Shown here piece after piece: positions 8,236-17,376 of a stretch of 24,594 nucleotides of DNA. This stretch comes from Aulosira sp. ZfuVER01. Lineage in GTDB: Bacteria; Cyanobacteriota; Cyanobacteriia; Cyanobacteriales; Nostocaceae. The translations under genes and the position numbers were made by a program. The stretch lies in contig JAVRCV020000029.1 in NCBI GenBank assembly GCA_034530615.2, positions 1-24,594 of the forward strand, written 5' to 3'. Every line of letters starts with the position of its first letter. The stretch's first letter is position 1. The notes under the pieces were generated by a model, which did no database searches, was not told where the DNA came from, and was given only the letters and a program-made list of their open reading frames with translations.

Positions 8236-9468
8236 CTAAATTACAAACTGAACTACACCCCACTGTCCATTTGTCAACCAAGAAGGGTCAGATTTTGCGA
8301 CTTTTTCGATAACTTCAGATTGTAAACCGACTGCTACTTCTGACTTGAGAGTGCGTAAGGCTAGGATTGGTGCAGGTAAGTAGCAGACTATATCGCCAAT
8401 TTTAGTAGTCATATCCCAGTGGCGATCGCCTAATAATCGCCTGTAATTCGCATCGCCTTTGACTATAATTAAACTCGCATTAGCTAGCTCATTTTTCAGG
8501 GAGTTGGGTATTTCCCAAAAAGCTAAAGGTGATGTCCAAAAATAATCTTCATACAACACTAAACGCCCCGATCTAATATTTTTTTCCAACCTGTGAACAA
8601 AAGATGTCAGTTGTTGATCGCCAGTAGCGGCTAAAAAATCTATTGTATAGTGTACATCCTTAATCGTGGCATCGGAAACAAAAGTTGGATGAGGTTTCAA
8701 GTGCAGATAAACCCGATCGGACAAGCCAGTACTTAACAAAAAATCCGCTAAACATAAGTCACAAACAAGTTCAAAACCAGCGTTATCTACAACAAAATCA
8801 ATGCGTCTCCCCTGAGAACTAGTTAACAATTCACTAATTCTGTCAGCATCATTTACTAATATGTGAGCTAGTTGGCTTTGAATATCAAAACGACTTCTGT
8901 CTGACTCGAATGCTGACCACAAACTCAAGTCAACGCGATTTCCCCACAAAGCAAAATATAGTAATGTAATTAAAGCTGTTTGATTTGCTGTTCCTTCGCT
9001 TTGTGAATCATTAAACCATTGATTTACCTGAGTACAAAGCAGAATAGTCGAGTCAAGAGATGCTTGTAAACCTTGAGATTTTTGTAACTCAAATGGATCG
9101 ATACCTTGCGATATACCAGGGCGAAAATAATTAGTAATGTCTAAAATTAGTCGATAAAAATAAGTTTCTGTAAAGAACCAAGGAACGTCTACCCAACGCT
9201 GACCTTGATAAGATTTAAAATATGTATTCCAATCTGCAAAATCTACACTAGTATCATCCACTAGAGGACGCAAATATCCTTTTGGTAGTTCTTGAGCGAG
9301 GGTTTCTAAGCTTGTATTAATATCATCTGAAAAATTATTTTCAGCAACAACTCGACGGGCGATTGCAGGCATCCGTTGAGTGACTGTAAACTCAGTAAAA
9401 GAACCAACTTCTGAACCAACAAGTGAAGATGGTAGTGGTAATTTAGGGATGGACGATTTATCTACCAC
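8236..9468 (-). CDS. Damage-control phosphatase, ARMT1/DUF89 family
   Basis: PWFFTETYFYR, LWGNRVDLS, VDNAGFELVCD, FVSDAT, KGDANYRRL and LRTLKSE. Confidence 0.9.
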   Translation of the reverse strand: MVDKSSIPKLPLPSSLVGSEVGSFTEFTVTQRMPAIARRVVAENNFSDDINTSLETLAQELPKGYLRPLVDDTSVDFADWNTYFKSYQGQRWVDVPWFFTETYFYRLILDITNYFRPGISQGIDPFELQKSQGLQASLDSTILLCTQVNQWFNDSQSEGTANQTALITLLYFALWGNRVDLSLWSAFESDRSRFDIQSQLAHILVNDADRISELLTSSQGRRIDFVVDNAGFELVCDLCLADFLLSTGLSDRVYLHLKPHPTFVSDATIKDVHYTIDFLAATGDQQLTSFVHRLEKNIRSGRLVLYEDYFWTSPLAFWEIPNSLKNELANASLIIVKGDANYRRLLGDRHWDMTTKIGDIVCYLPAPILALRTLKSEVAVGLQSEVIEKVAKSDPSWLTNGQWGVVQFVI

Positions 9469-9874
9469 AAACTTATCTTGCTCTCGTAATTTCTAGTCAT
9501 TATATAGGATTCATCCCCAAACCGCTTTCAAAAAATCCAAAATTGGCACAACATCACCAATCTGTAATTAACCTGGCTTTCCTGAGCATATATTTAAGGA
9601 CTGTCTCTTCTCGGGAAATAATATCAACTCGACCCTATTAGCACAACTGTGCCGTCGCCATCCAGAAACCTTCCAAGCCGATTGGAGACAATTACTGGCA
9701 GATGTTGGCTTGGAAGAGTTGGCTAATAAACCAATTACTCCATGTTGGACGCTGGAGCGATCGCCCACAGCCTCTGAAAGCCCTTAAGCTGCCAAGCCGC
9801 CATCAAATTGATAAAGATGGATTTTTCGTAGGGGTCTAAGCATTGCTAAACCCTTTGCCATTCGGTTTTCCCAC

Positions 9875-10069
9875 TCATCCTAGGTTTTCGATAGCGGCGC
9901 TCACATCTGTGGGGGTTGCATAGTCCTTGAAAGGTATTTTCTTCAAAACCCGAAGTATTTTTTCATCGGCACCTTTTGCCTCTGCATTTTTAATCAGGGC
10001 AATTTTGCTGGTTGGATAATCAACTTCGTTCAAGCTTTTATTTAGCTGTACCAAGTTTAGTGAACTCAT
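9875..10069 (-). CDS. DUF2795-domain small protein
   Basis: VDYPTSK..LI..A...GAD...L..IP...Y.TP.DV pattern. GGAGG RBS upstream. Confidence 0.8.
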   Translation of the reverse strand: MSSLNLVQLNKSLNEVDYPTSKIALIKNAEAKGADEKILRVLKKIPFKDYATPTDVSAAIENLG

Positions 10070-10236
10070 TATAGCGATCCTCCTAAAATAGGAACAGTTG
10101 TGTACTAATATCAGCAGTCAACATTCATCCGATTTTAAGTTTGAGATTTTGGATTGATTCCACACATTAATCCGCTTACTTGTAGTACCAAGAAATAGTT
10201 AGCCAGTTTTTCAATCAAAAAGAAATTAAAAATCTT

Positions 10237-10252
10237 TGTAAACACATATACA
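10237..10252. promoter_or_regulatory. NtcA-type binding site TGTA-N8-TACA
   Basis: Sequence is TGTAAACACATATACA. TAACAT (10275-10280) lies 23 nt past the core on the + strand. Confidence 0.4.
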
Positions 10253-10446
10253 TTTAAATTTTACATAAGCTTTTTAACATCATACTAATGGTAGATTTTT
10301 AGTTAAAAAATATGTTTAGTTCCTATTAGCAACAGCCTCTTGCTTAGGGATTAAGACTCTTCAATAACTAGTTTATGAAGCTAACAAAAGTTAGAGAAGA
10401 AGTTTCTCAAGATTTGCCAAGTAAGCTTCAAGATTTTAGCGGAATC

Positions 10447-12249
10447 TCACTTTTTACTGGCTAAAGGCAATGTAAACCAAAATGTTGCTCCTGCTGAAGA
10501 TGAACTATTTACACCAATTTCACCACTGTGGGCATTGATGATTTGCTTACATAGATACAATCCCAAGCCCAAACTTACAGAATTGCGGATGTTACTACCC
10601 CGATAGTATAGGTCAAAAAGCCTTTCGCTTTGTTGTTGACTGATTCCGACACCGTTATCACTGACAGTGCAATAAATCTTCTCCCCTTCAGGGGTGGCGT
10701 TGATTGTTAAGAGTAAACCAGGGGGATTGTGTTTAATCGCATTGGCAATTAGATTAGAAAAGACTCGCCATAGTTGCGTAGGATCGGCATTGATTACGGG
10801 TAAATCGGCGTTTACTAAATTTGTGAGAGTAGCTTGATTTTCTGCTAGCATCGGTTCTAAGTCTGCGATCGCAGCTTCTACAACTGTATGTAATTGCACG
10901 GGTTGGAGTTGTAATACTACTCCTTGTACCTCACTAACATGAGTCTCTAGCAAGGAATTAATCAAATTGAGTTGGCGATCGCTACTTTTGACCATCCGTT
11001 CTAAAATCGACCGGGAAATTGTAATTTTGCTGTCTGGGTTTGCTAGCAAGTTCTTCAGCACCATTAAAGTCCCAAGTACTGGGTTGCGTAAGTCGTGAGA
11101 AACTGCATGGAAAAATACTCGCAGTGCTTCCTCAGCTTGCTTACGCTTTGTAATGTCTTCCGTCAGTCCCTCGTAGTAAAGTAGTTTTCCTTGTTCGTCA
11201 CGAACTGCGTAGGCTTTTTCCGAAATCCAAACAACGCTCCCATCCCGGCGATAAATTTGCGATTCAAATTCCGAGATACTGCCATGCTGTTCAATTAAGC
11301 GGATAAACTCGGTGCGACGGTTGGGGTCAACATACAATTGATGTTCAATGTCAGTGAAGTTGGCTGTTACCTCTTCTGGAGAAGAATATCCGTAAATTTT
11401 GGCTAACGCCGGATTAGCTGTAATGTACTGTCCATCAGTACTACTTTGGAAAATCCCTTCAACAGCGTTTTCAAAAATACTGCGATATTTAGCTTCTGCA
11501 ACCTTGAGTTTTTGATAGGCAGATTCTAGTTCTTGATGAGCATAAAAATCGGAACGTTGCAGGCGATCGTAAAGGTAAACACCAATGTCACAAATAGCAC
11601 ATAACCAAAATACATATAAAATGAATGTCACATTATAGATTTCTGGATGTTCGGGTATAGGTGTTTTTAGACCAAGTACTGTATTGACACCAAAATAGTA
11701 AATTAGCAAACCCACCTGCGACATCAGGTGTAAACGCCAGCAAACGGGGATAAATGTGGCTTGACTCAAAAACAGCAGCGACCAAGCTAGGGTATCAGGT
11801 AGGGCAAAACCTTTGATAGTAGCGAAAAATTGTGTTCCTAGACTAATTGACCAAGATGACCCCAAAAATAACATTTCTGGATGACGTTGACCAAACTGAG
11901 TTTTATGCAGGATAAAACAGACAAGTAGAGTCAGCAGCATGGCAAGATTAATGAATAGCCCCTGCGTTCTCAAGGACTCTGGTACTTTTTCAAACTCCTT
12001 TAAGGGGAAAAATACGTCATAAATATTGCGCAAGGTGAATGTCAACAAGCAGATTAATGCTAGTAATAACCACAATTGCAATCTCTGCCACAAAAAACGT
12101 TGTCTAGCAGCCAGCCATTCTGAATCGTGAACACAACTGTTAGCAACAGCAGCAGTTTGATCTGATGTTGATGCGCTAAAGGCTTTTTTGCCCCAGTTTT
12201 GCAGTGTTCTCAATAAGTTAGCCATGAACTTCTTACCAACTTTGCCCAT
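10447..12249 (-). CDS. Membrane-bound PAS histidine kinase
   Basis: About six N-terminal TM helices, PAS/PAC (YRSIFENAVEGIF...DITKRK), H-box VSHDLRNP, N-box NLIANAIKH, G1 DNGVGI, G2 LGLGLYLC. The start may instead be ATG 12225. Confidence 0.92.
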   Translation of the reverse strand: MGKVGKKFMANLLRTLQNWGKKAFSASTSDQTAAVANSCVHDSEWLAARQRFLWQRLQLWLLLALICLLTFTLRNIYDVFFPLKEFEKVPESLRTQGLFINLAMLLTLLVCFILHKTQFGQRHPEMLFLGSSWSISLGTQFFATIKGFALPDTLAWSLLFLSQATFIPVCWRLHLMSQVGLLIYYFGVNTVLGLKTPIPEHPEIYNVTFILYVFWLCAICDIGVYLYDRLQRSDFYAHQELESAYQKLKVAEAKYRSIFENAVEGIFQSSTDGQYITANPALAKIYGYSSPEEVTANFTDIEHQLYVDPNRRTEFIRLIEQHGSISEFESQIYRRDGSVVWISEKAYAVRDEQGKLLYYEGLTEDITKRKQAEEALRVFFHAVSHDLRNPVLGTLMVLKNLLANPDSKITISRSILERMVKSSDRQLNLINSLLETHVSEVQGVVLQLQPVQLHTVVEAAIADLEPMLAENQATLTNLVNADLPVINADPTQLWRVFSNLIANAIKHNPPGLLLTINATPEGEKIYCTVSDNGVGISQQQSERLFDLYYRGSNIRNSVSLGLGLYLCKQIINAHSGEIGVNSSSSAGATFWFTLPLASKK

Positions 12250-12310
12250 CTCATCCCAGGTGTTTCCTTATTTCCAGACTGCCATAACACCTTGGGATTT
12301 GGACGCTGAT

Positions 12311-14800
12311 TTATCGGTGAGTTGTAGAAGATGGAGTTGCTAAAGGTAATGTGAACCAAAAAGTTAATCCTTGCTTGCGGTGACTAATAATACCAATTTC
12401 GCCACCATGTGCCTGAATAATTTGCCGACTCAGATACATTTTTAAAGCAATACTGGTAGAACAACAAGCTTGTGGCTCAGGGACATATAAATCGAAAAGG
12501 CGATCGCACTCTAGTTTGCTCATGGTGACACCATTATCTTGAATTTCTGTGCGAATTATGTCACCTTCAACTTCGGTTTTCAGGGTAAAACTTAATCCTG
12601 GTGGGTTGTTCTGCAAACTATAAGTCAATAAATTTGCCAGAACCTTTTGCAACCGAGTCGGATCTGCCATCACTAATGGTAAATCGTCGGGCACTAAGTT
12701 ATTCAAAGTTGCTTGATTTTGGTTGAGCATCGGCTGCAAGTCTTTGAGGCTACACTCCAGCAGCGTGTTAAAGTGTACCAATTCCCGGCGGAGAGCAATT
12801 CCTTGACCTTCGCATCTATGAATTTCTAGCAATGAATCAATCATCCCTAATTGACGGTCATTACCTTGAATCATGCGTTCAATCACTGAACGAGACATTG
12901 GGATTTGAGATTGGCTAGTTTCTTGAGTTTGTTCTTGAGTTTTGAGTAAATTCTTCAGCACCATTAAGTTTCCCATAACCGCAGTGCGCAAATCATGAGC
13001 GACGGTATGCAACACCACATCTTTGATTCGTTGCATTCCTTCTAGTTCCTGCATTTTCTGCTGTAGTTGGGCGGTGCGTTCTTCTACCTGATGTTCTAAA
13101 TTAGTATTAAGTGCTGCTAGCTCTTGGTAAAGTCGAGCTTGCTCAATGGCGATCGCCAACTGTTCTGACATTTGCTGTAGTAAATCGATTTCTATACCTT
13201 GCCATTGACGCGGCCCAGAACATTGGTTAGCAATTAAAGCCCCAAATAATTCGTTATTGAGCATAATTGGTACAGCTAAGGTAGCTCGTGTCTGAAATTG
13301 TTGATAATGTGCTTTTAATTTTGGCGATACGATGATGTTGTTAACATCTTCAACTAAACGCACACGATTAGTTGTCAGGAGAGTTTTGATTTCCTGGAGA
13401 TAAGTTTCATCCTCTGTCGTCCAACCTAAGATGGCGGGATATTTGGGATCTACTGATTCAGCAACAGCTTTAGCTCCCGTTTTGGCATCGTTGAGACCAA
13501 TAAAAACCCGATCTGTTTGCAAAAATTGCCGCACTTCCGTCACTGTAGTTTGGAGAACTTGGTCGAGGTGAAGGGAAGACCGAATTCTGGCTAGGGTTTC
13601 TGTCAACAGGCGATCGCGCTGTGCGGAAAGGCGCAATTGAGCTTCTACTTGCTTGCGTTCTGTAATGTCGTAAGTAACTGCAAGAATGCAAGGGATACCA
13701 TCTAAATCAATTATTTCTGCTGAAACTAAAGCTGTAATTATCTTCCCAGACTTCGAGCGAAATTCTAATTCTAAGTTCCTAATTAATCCTGTAGCGCGCA
13801 ATTCTTGCAATAATTTCATGCGATCGCTTTTGTCTACCCACATATTTAACTCAAAAGCAGTTTTACCAATCACTTCATCTCGCTCATACTCTGAAAGTCT
13901 CACAAAACTTTCATTAACTTCTATGAAGCGTCCTTCTTGCACGGTGCTGAGGGTGATGGGATTGGGACTGCAACGAAAAGCTTTAGTATACTTTTGAGCG
14001 AGACTTTGCAAATTTGCTTCTGCTTGTTTGCGTTCTGTGATGTCTCGGACAATTGCTAAGACTTCATCTGCACCGCTAACAACTAACCGCGCCTCGTAAT
14101 CTCGGATTCCCAAAGGTGTTGGTAGTTGGTATTCACAAGTTTGCAAATTCTGAGAATCCAAAGTTTTGGCGATCGCTTCTTGGTTAATAGCCGCCGCATC
14201 ACTCGGCAAGACATCCTGTAAATTTTTTCCAACTATCTCTTCTTTAGGAAGAATTATATTTGCACCATCGCCTTTCAAATCGAGATACTGACCATCACGG
14301 CTCAAGCGAAACATCAAATCGGGAATCGCATCTAAAATTGCTTTATAGCGCATCTCACTGTTGCGCAACTTTTCTTCGGCTTGTTTGCGGTCTGTAATAT
14401 CCATTACCAAACCCTCCCAAAGCAGGTCGCCATTAGCTTGTCGTTCTAGTTGTGAAGCACCTTGAAGCCATTTAATTTTGCCAGTTGGGGTAATGATGCG
14501 ACCTTCCCAACGCCAAGGTGACAAAGTAGCTTTAGCAACATCAACAGATTCAGTTAAGGCTTGGACATCCTGTGGATGAAGCAGTTTGTCTAATACCTGC
14601 ATATCTGCCATGATCGCTTCTGGTTCTAACTCATATAGTTCTCGACAACCAGAACTCACGTAAATAACAAGCTGGGAACCATCCTGCCGTTGCAGAACTT
14701 GAAAAATCATCCCCGGTAAATTTGCAGCAATTTTTTCCAACAGAGTCACAGTCCCTTGTTGAAAATCAGGTTTATGCAGTAATTTTACAGTTTCATCCAC
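12311..14800 (-). CDS. Cytoplasmic PAS-PAS-PAS-GAF histidine-kinase-like protein with degenerate ATPase domain
   Basis: Three PAS/PAC units each ending DIT(D/E)RKQ, a GAF domain, and H-box VAHDLRTA. N, G1 and G2 boxes are degenerate (NLLTYSLQN, DNGVTM, STSIALKMY). Confidence 0.9.
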   Translation of the reverse strand: MDETVKLLHKPDFQQGTVTLLEKIAANLPGMIFQVLQRQDGSQLVIYVSSGCRELYELEPEAIMADMQVLDKLLHPQDVQALTESVDVAKATLSPWRWEGRIITPTGKIKWLQGASQLERQANGDLLWEGLVMDITDRKQAEEKLRNSEMRYKAILDAIPDLMFRLSRDGQYLDLKGDGANIILPKEEIVGKNLQDVLPSDAAAINQEAIAKTLDSQNLQTCEYQLPTPLGIRDYEARLVVSGADEVLAIVRDITERKQAEANLQSLAQKYTKAFRCSPNPITLSTVQEGRFIEVNESFVRLSEYERDEVIGKTAFELNMWVDKSDRMKLLQELRATGLIRNLELEFRSKSGKIITALVSAEIIDLDGIPCILAVTYDITERKQVEAQLRLSAQRDRLLTETLARIRSSLHLDQVLQTTVTEVRQFLQTDRVFIGLNDAKTGAKAVAESVDPKYPAILGWTTEDETYLQEIKTLLTTNRVRLVEDVNNIIVSPKLKAHYQQFQTRATLAVPIMLNNELFGALIANQCSGPRQWQGIEIDLLQQMSEQLAIAIEQARLYQELAALNTNLEHQVEERTAQLQQKMQELEGMQRIKDVVLHTVAHDLRTAVMGNLMVLKNLLKTQEQTQETSQSQIPMSRSVIERMIQGNDRQLGMIDSLLEIHRCEGQGIALRRELVHFNTLLECSLKDLQPMLNQNQATLNNLVPDDLPLVMADPTRLQKVLANLLTYSLQNNPPGLSFTLKTEVEGDIIRTEIQDNGVTMSKLECDRLFDLYVPEPQACCSTSIALKMYLSRQIIQAHGGEIGIISHRKQGLTFWFTLPLATPSSTTHR

Positions 14801-15073
14801 TTTTTGCGCCTTTGTTTTGCCAGCAACTGATGTATATCTCTTCTTTCAGATTAATTCTGGTTAAGGCGATCGCATTCACCCAAATGGGTGAACAGTTGCT
14901 AGATGATGAAAAAATTACCTTTTATCCAATCATTCTAGGAACCAAGTTTTCAAATCTTGACTAAAAAGAATCATTAACAAGCCTCTGACTAGAAAGAGGC
15001 AATAGGCAAAAGTTATTAATTATTCTTATTGTCTCCCTTGTCTGTTTTTCATGGGGGCTGCCTCAATCTTTTA

Positions 15074-15107
15074 AATTTTAGATTGGAGAGTTTCCCAATC
15101 TAAAATT
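15074..15107. repeat. 13-bp-stem hairpin built from STRR-like units
   Basis: AATTTTAGATTGG, 8-nt loop, CCAATCTAAAATT. It overlaps the end of the 15078..15707 ORF. Confidence 0.75.
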
Positions 15108-15707
15108 GTCTGACCCACATAATTGTTGAATTTCAACTGCAAAAAACTGCGCTGGCTTCATTTGCTGATTTAAGAACTCAACTATACGCTGAAGTTCAGC
15201 CGGAATCTGTGTAGCTACAAAAACAAGACGGATCTTCACTGCTTGTAAGTTTTTGGTGACTTGTTGCCAAAACCGATCTGGATTGGCATCTTTTTCACCA
15301 AGAAGTTCTATTAATAACTGTTGCGCATTTGGTTTAGCTTCAAACTGAGCGCGAATTTTCTGTAATGACCAGTAATTTACTGCATTCGCTGCATAATCAA
15401 GCATTTGGCTCACTATTTCTCTTCTGATGGGCGTATCATGACCGCGTTTAACTTTTATTAAGGTAGGAATTCCATTCTCGTCGAGAAACAAATGATCTAA
15501 CGCCCAATATCCACCATTGGCTTCTGCATTCGCTATTGTTTCCTCTTGTGAAACTAACAGCCAGTTGCGGTTTATAGCACCATCTATATGTTCGTCAGCT
15601 ACAGCCAACAAATTTGGATATTCAGCTATTAACTTTTGTAATAAAGCTTTTGGTGTTAGTTCCGCTAGTTGAGCACAATCTTGAATTAGGTAAATATCAC
15701 TACTCAT
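15078..15707 (-). pseudogene. Truncated/degenerate NucS-like PD-(D/E)XK nuclease-domain gene
   Basis: LDHLFLDENGIPTLIKVKR...QMLDYAANA resembles the D...ExK...QxxxY nuclease core but has Lys at the expected Glu. The ORF ends inside a repeat hairpin. Confidence 0.55.
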
Positions 15708-15802
15708 AACAATTCTACCTTGTAGACCTAATTTAAGGTTCCCAAATTTATTAAACTGTTAACCATAACTTAGCTAGTTAGCAATATCAATTGCTGTAAA
15801 AG

Positions 15803-16483
15803 ATGAGAATACAAGAAACATTTCTTCAAATATCAGAAATAGAATCATTAACTCATGAAACTTTTATCCATGCTTTGATGGTACTTGCCAATCTTGACAA
15901 AGATTTTGCTCAAATTTTAGAGACATTTGGGCCACCACTTATGTGGGAAAGAGAAACAGGTTTTCCCACGCTGCTGCGGATAATTCTCGAACAGCAAGTT
16001 TCCTTAGCGGCTGCAAGGGCTGTCTTTACACGTCTATGTAATCTTATTCAACCATTAACACCAGAGAATTTTCTCACGCTTGATGATGGGCAATTAAAAG
16101 AAATTGGATTTAGTCGGCAAAAGATGCTTTATTGTCGTGAATTGGCGAATGCAATCCTTAACGATCGCCTTGATTTAGTTCAACTGGAGACAATGGACGA
16201 AACGACTATTAGAACTGAATTAAAGCGGATCAAAGGTATTGGAGACTGGACAGTTGATATTTACTTACTCATGGCGCTACAACGTCCTGATGTCTTTCCC
16301 AAAGGAGATTTAGGAGTAATTATCGCTGTACAAAAGCTCAAAGGATTAACAACACGCCCCACACCCACAGAAATAGAAGCGATCGCCCAACACTGGCGAC
16401 CTTGGCGTGCAGTCGCTACCAGAATTCTCTGGCACTATTACCTCAGCGATATTACGGTCAAGAAAAAACTGAAAATGCTGTAA
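15803..16483 (+). CDS. DNA-3-methyladenine glycosylase II-like (AlkA/HhH-GPD family)
   Basis: ILEQQVS, GFSRQK, HhH motif LKRIKGIGDWT, DVFPKGDLG and WRPWRAVA. Confidence 0.9.
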   Translation: MRIQETFLQISEIESLTHETFIHALMVLANLDKDFAQILETFGPPLMWERETGFPTLLRIILEQQVSLAAARAVFTRLCNLIQPLTPENFLTLDDGQLKEIGFSRQKMLYCRELANAILNDRLDLVQLETMDETTIRTELKRIKGIGDWTVDIYLLMALQRPDVFPKGDLGVIIAVQKLKGLTTRPTPTEIEAIAQHWRPWRAVATRILWHYYLSDITVKKKLKML

Positions 16484-16505
16484 ACTCTCATCCTCTGCGC
16501 CCCTA

Positions 16506-17291
16506 TTACCTCGAACCTTGCTCTTTCAACAAAGCATCCACCCAAATGGCATCCGCTTCCGACAACGGCGGCACAGGCTCACGAGTATAATCTATAGCCA
16601 AATCCAATCCAGCCCGATCGTATACCCCCTGTATCAATGCTTGCAAATCTAATAAAGGTTCTGTATCTCCCTTACGCAATGGTAAAAGAAAAGATGGAAC
16701 TGGTTCTTGCAAATTAAATGGATATAGCTCAGCCTTGGGGCGAGAGTTGCTGCGACTCACCAAAATCCGATAACTTGCCTGAATCTCATTCCCCAAAATA
16801 GGCATAGGTTTTCCGCCTCTGAGTAAGTCAATTTCCACTAGATGAGACAAACTACCTAATACCTGTTGACGCTTCCCTTCGTAAGCATTTCGCCCTTCTC
16901 CAGGACGCTTATTTTTGGGTGAAAGAACTTCAATAACTGTGACAACTTCCCCTGTTCCTACTTCCCTAACCTCTAAGTATCCTTCCTGTACCTTCTCTGG
17001 CATAGGAACATTGACTGTAATCGGCTTAACTGAAGGTGATGCAACTGCAATGCTAGATAATTCTGCTTCTGTTTTTGTTAGCGATCGCCCCACACTCACA
17101 TCAGGGATACCAACTAGAATATAATTTTCATCGGTTATCTGATATACCCGTTTCTCAACTGCCACCCGATATTTTGGGCGTAGCTGAGGAACCAATAACT
17201 CTGCAATGGCTGTGATGATCCAGTGATGGAATTCCGGCCAAAGTTCAGGATGTTCGAGGTAGGGATTCATCCCCGGAAATGGTGAGCGCAT
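16506..17291 (-). CDS. DUF4058-family protein
   Basis: MRSPFPGMNPYLE N-terminus, IPDV, VTVIEVLSPKNK and HLVEIDLLRGG. Confidence 0.88.
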   Translation of the reverse strand: MRSPFPGMNPYLEHPELWPEFHHWIITAIAELLVPQLRPKYRVAVEKRVYQITDENYILVGIPDVSVGRSLTKTEAELSSIAVASPSVKPITVNVPMPEKVQEGYLEVREVGTGEVVTVIEVLSPKNKRPGEGRNAYEGKRQQVLGSLSHLVEIDLLRGGKPMPILGNEIQASYRILVSRSNSRPKAELYPFNLQEPVPSFLLPLRKGDTEPLLDLQALIQGVYDRAGLDLAIDYTREPVPPLSEADAIWVDALLKEQGSR

Positions 17292-17294
17292 AGG

Positions 17295-17328
17295 GGTAGG
17301 ATGTGATTCTCATTGCTCATATCCTACC
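17295..17328. repeat. GTAG-type REP-like hairpin
   Basis: GGTAGGATGTGA, 10-nt loop, TCATATCCTACC (12-bp stem, one G-T). It lies immediately upstream of the DUF4058 start codon. Confidence 0.6.
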
Positions 17329-17376
17329 AAATTCAGTTTTTTGGCATGGCAGGCAAGATACCTACCCACCAAGAAA

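Noticed and set aside
9568..9768. 66-aa minus-strand ORF
   Set aside because: It looks like the shadow of the more protein-like + strand frame 9572..9787.
10125..10190. Degenerate ATTTTAAG/ATTTTGG repeat relic upstream of DUF2795
   Set aside because: Probably an eroded common Nostocales repeat, too degenerate to delimit.
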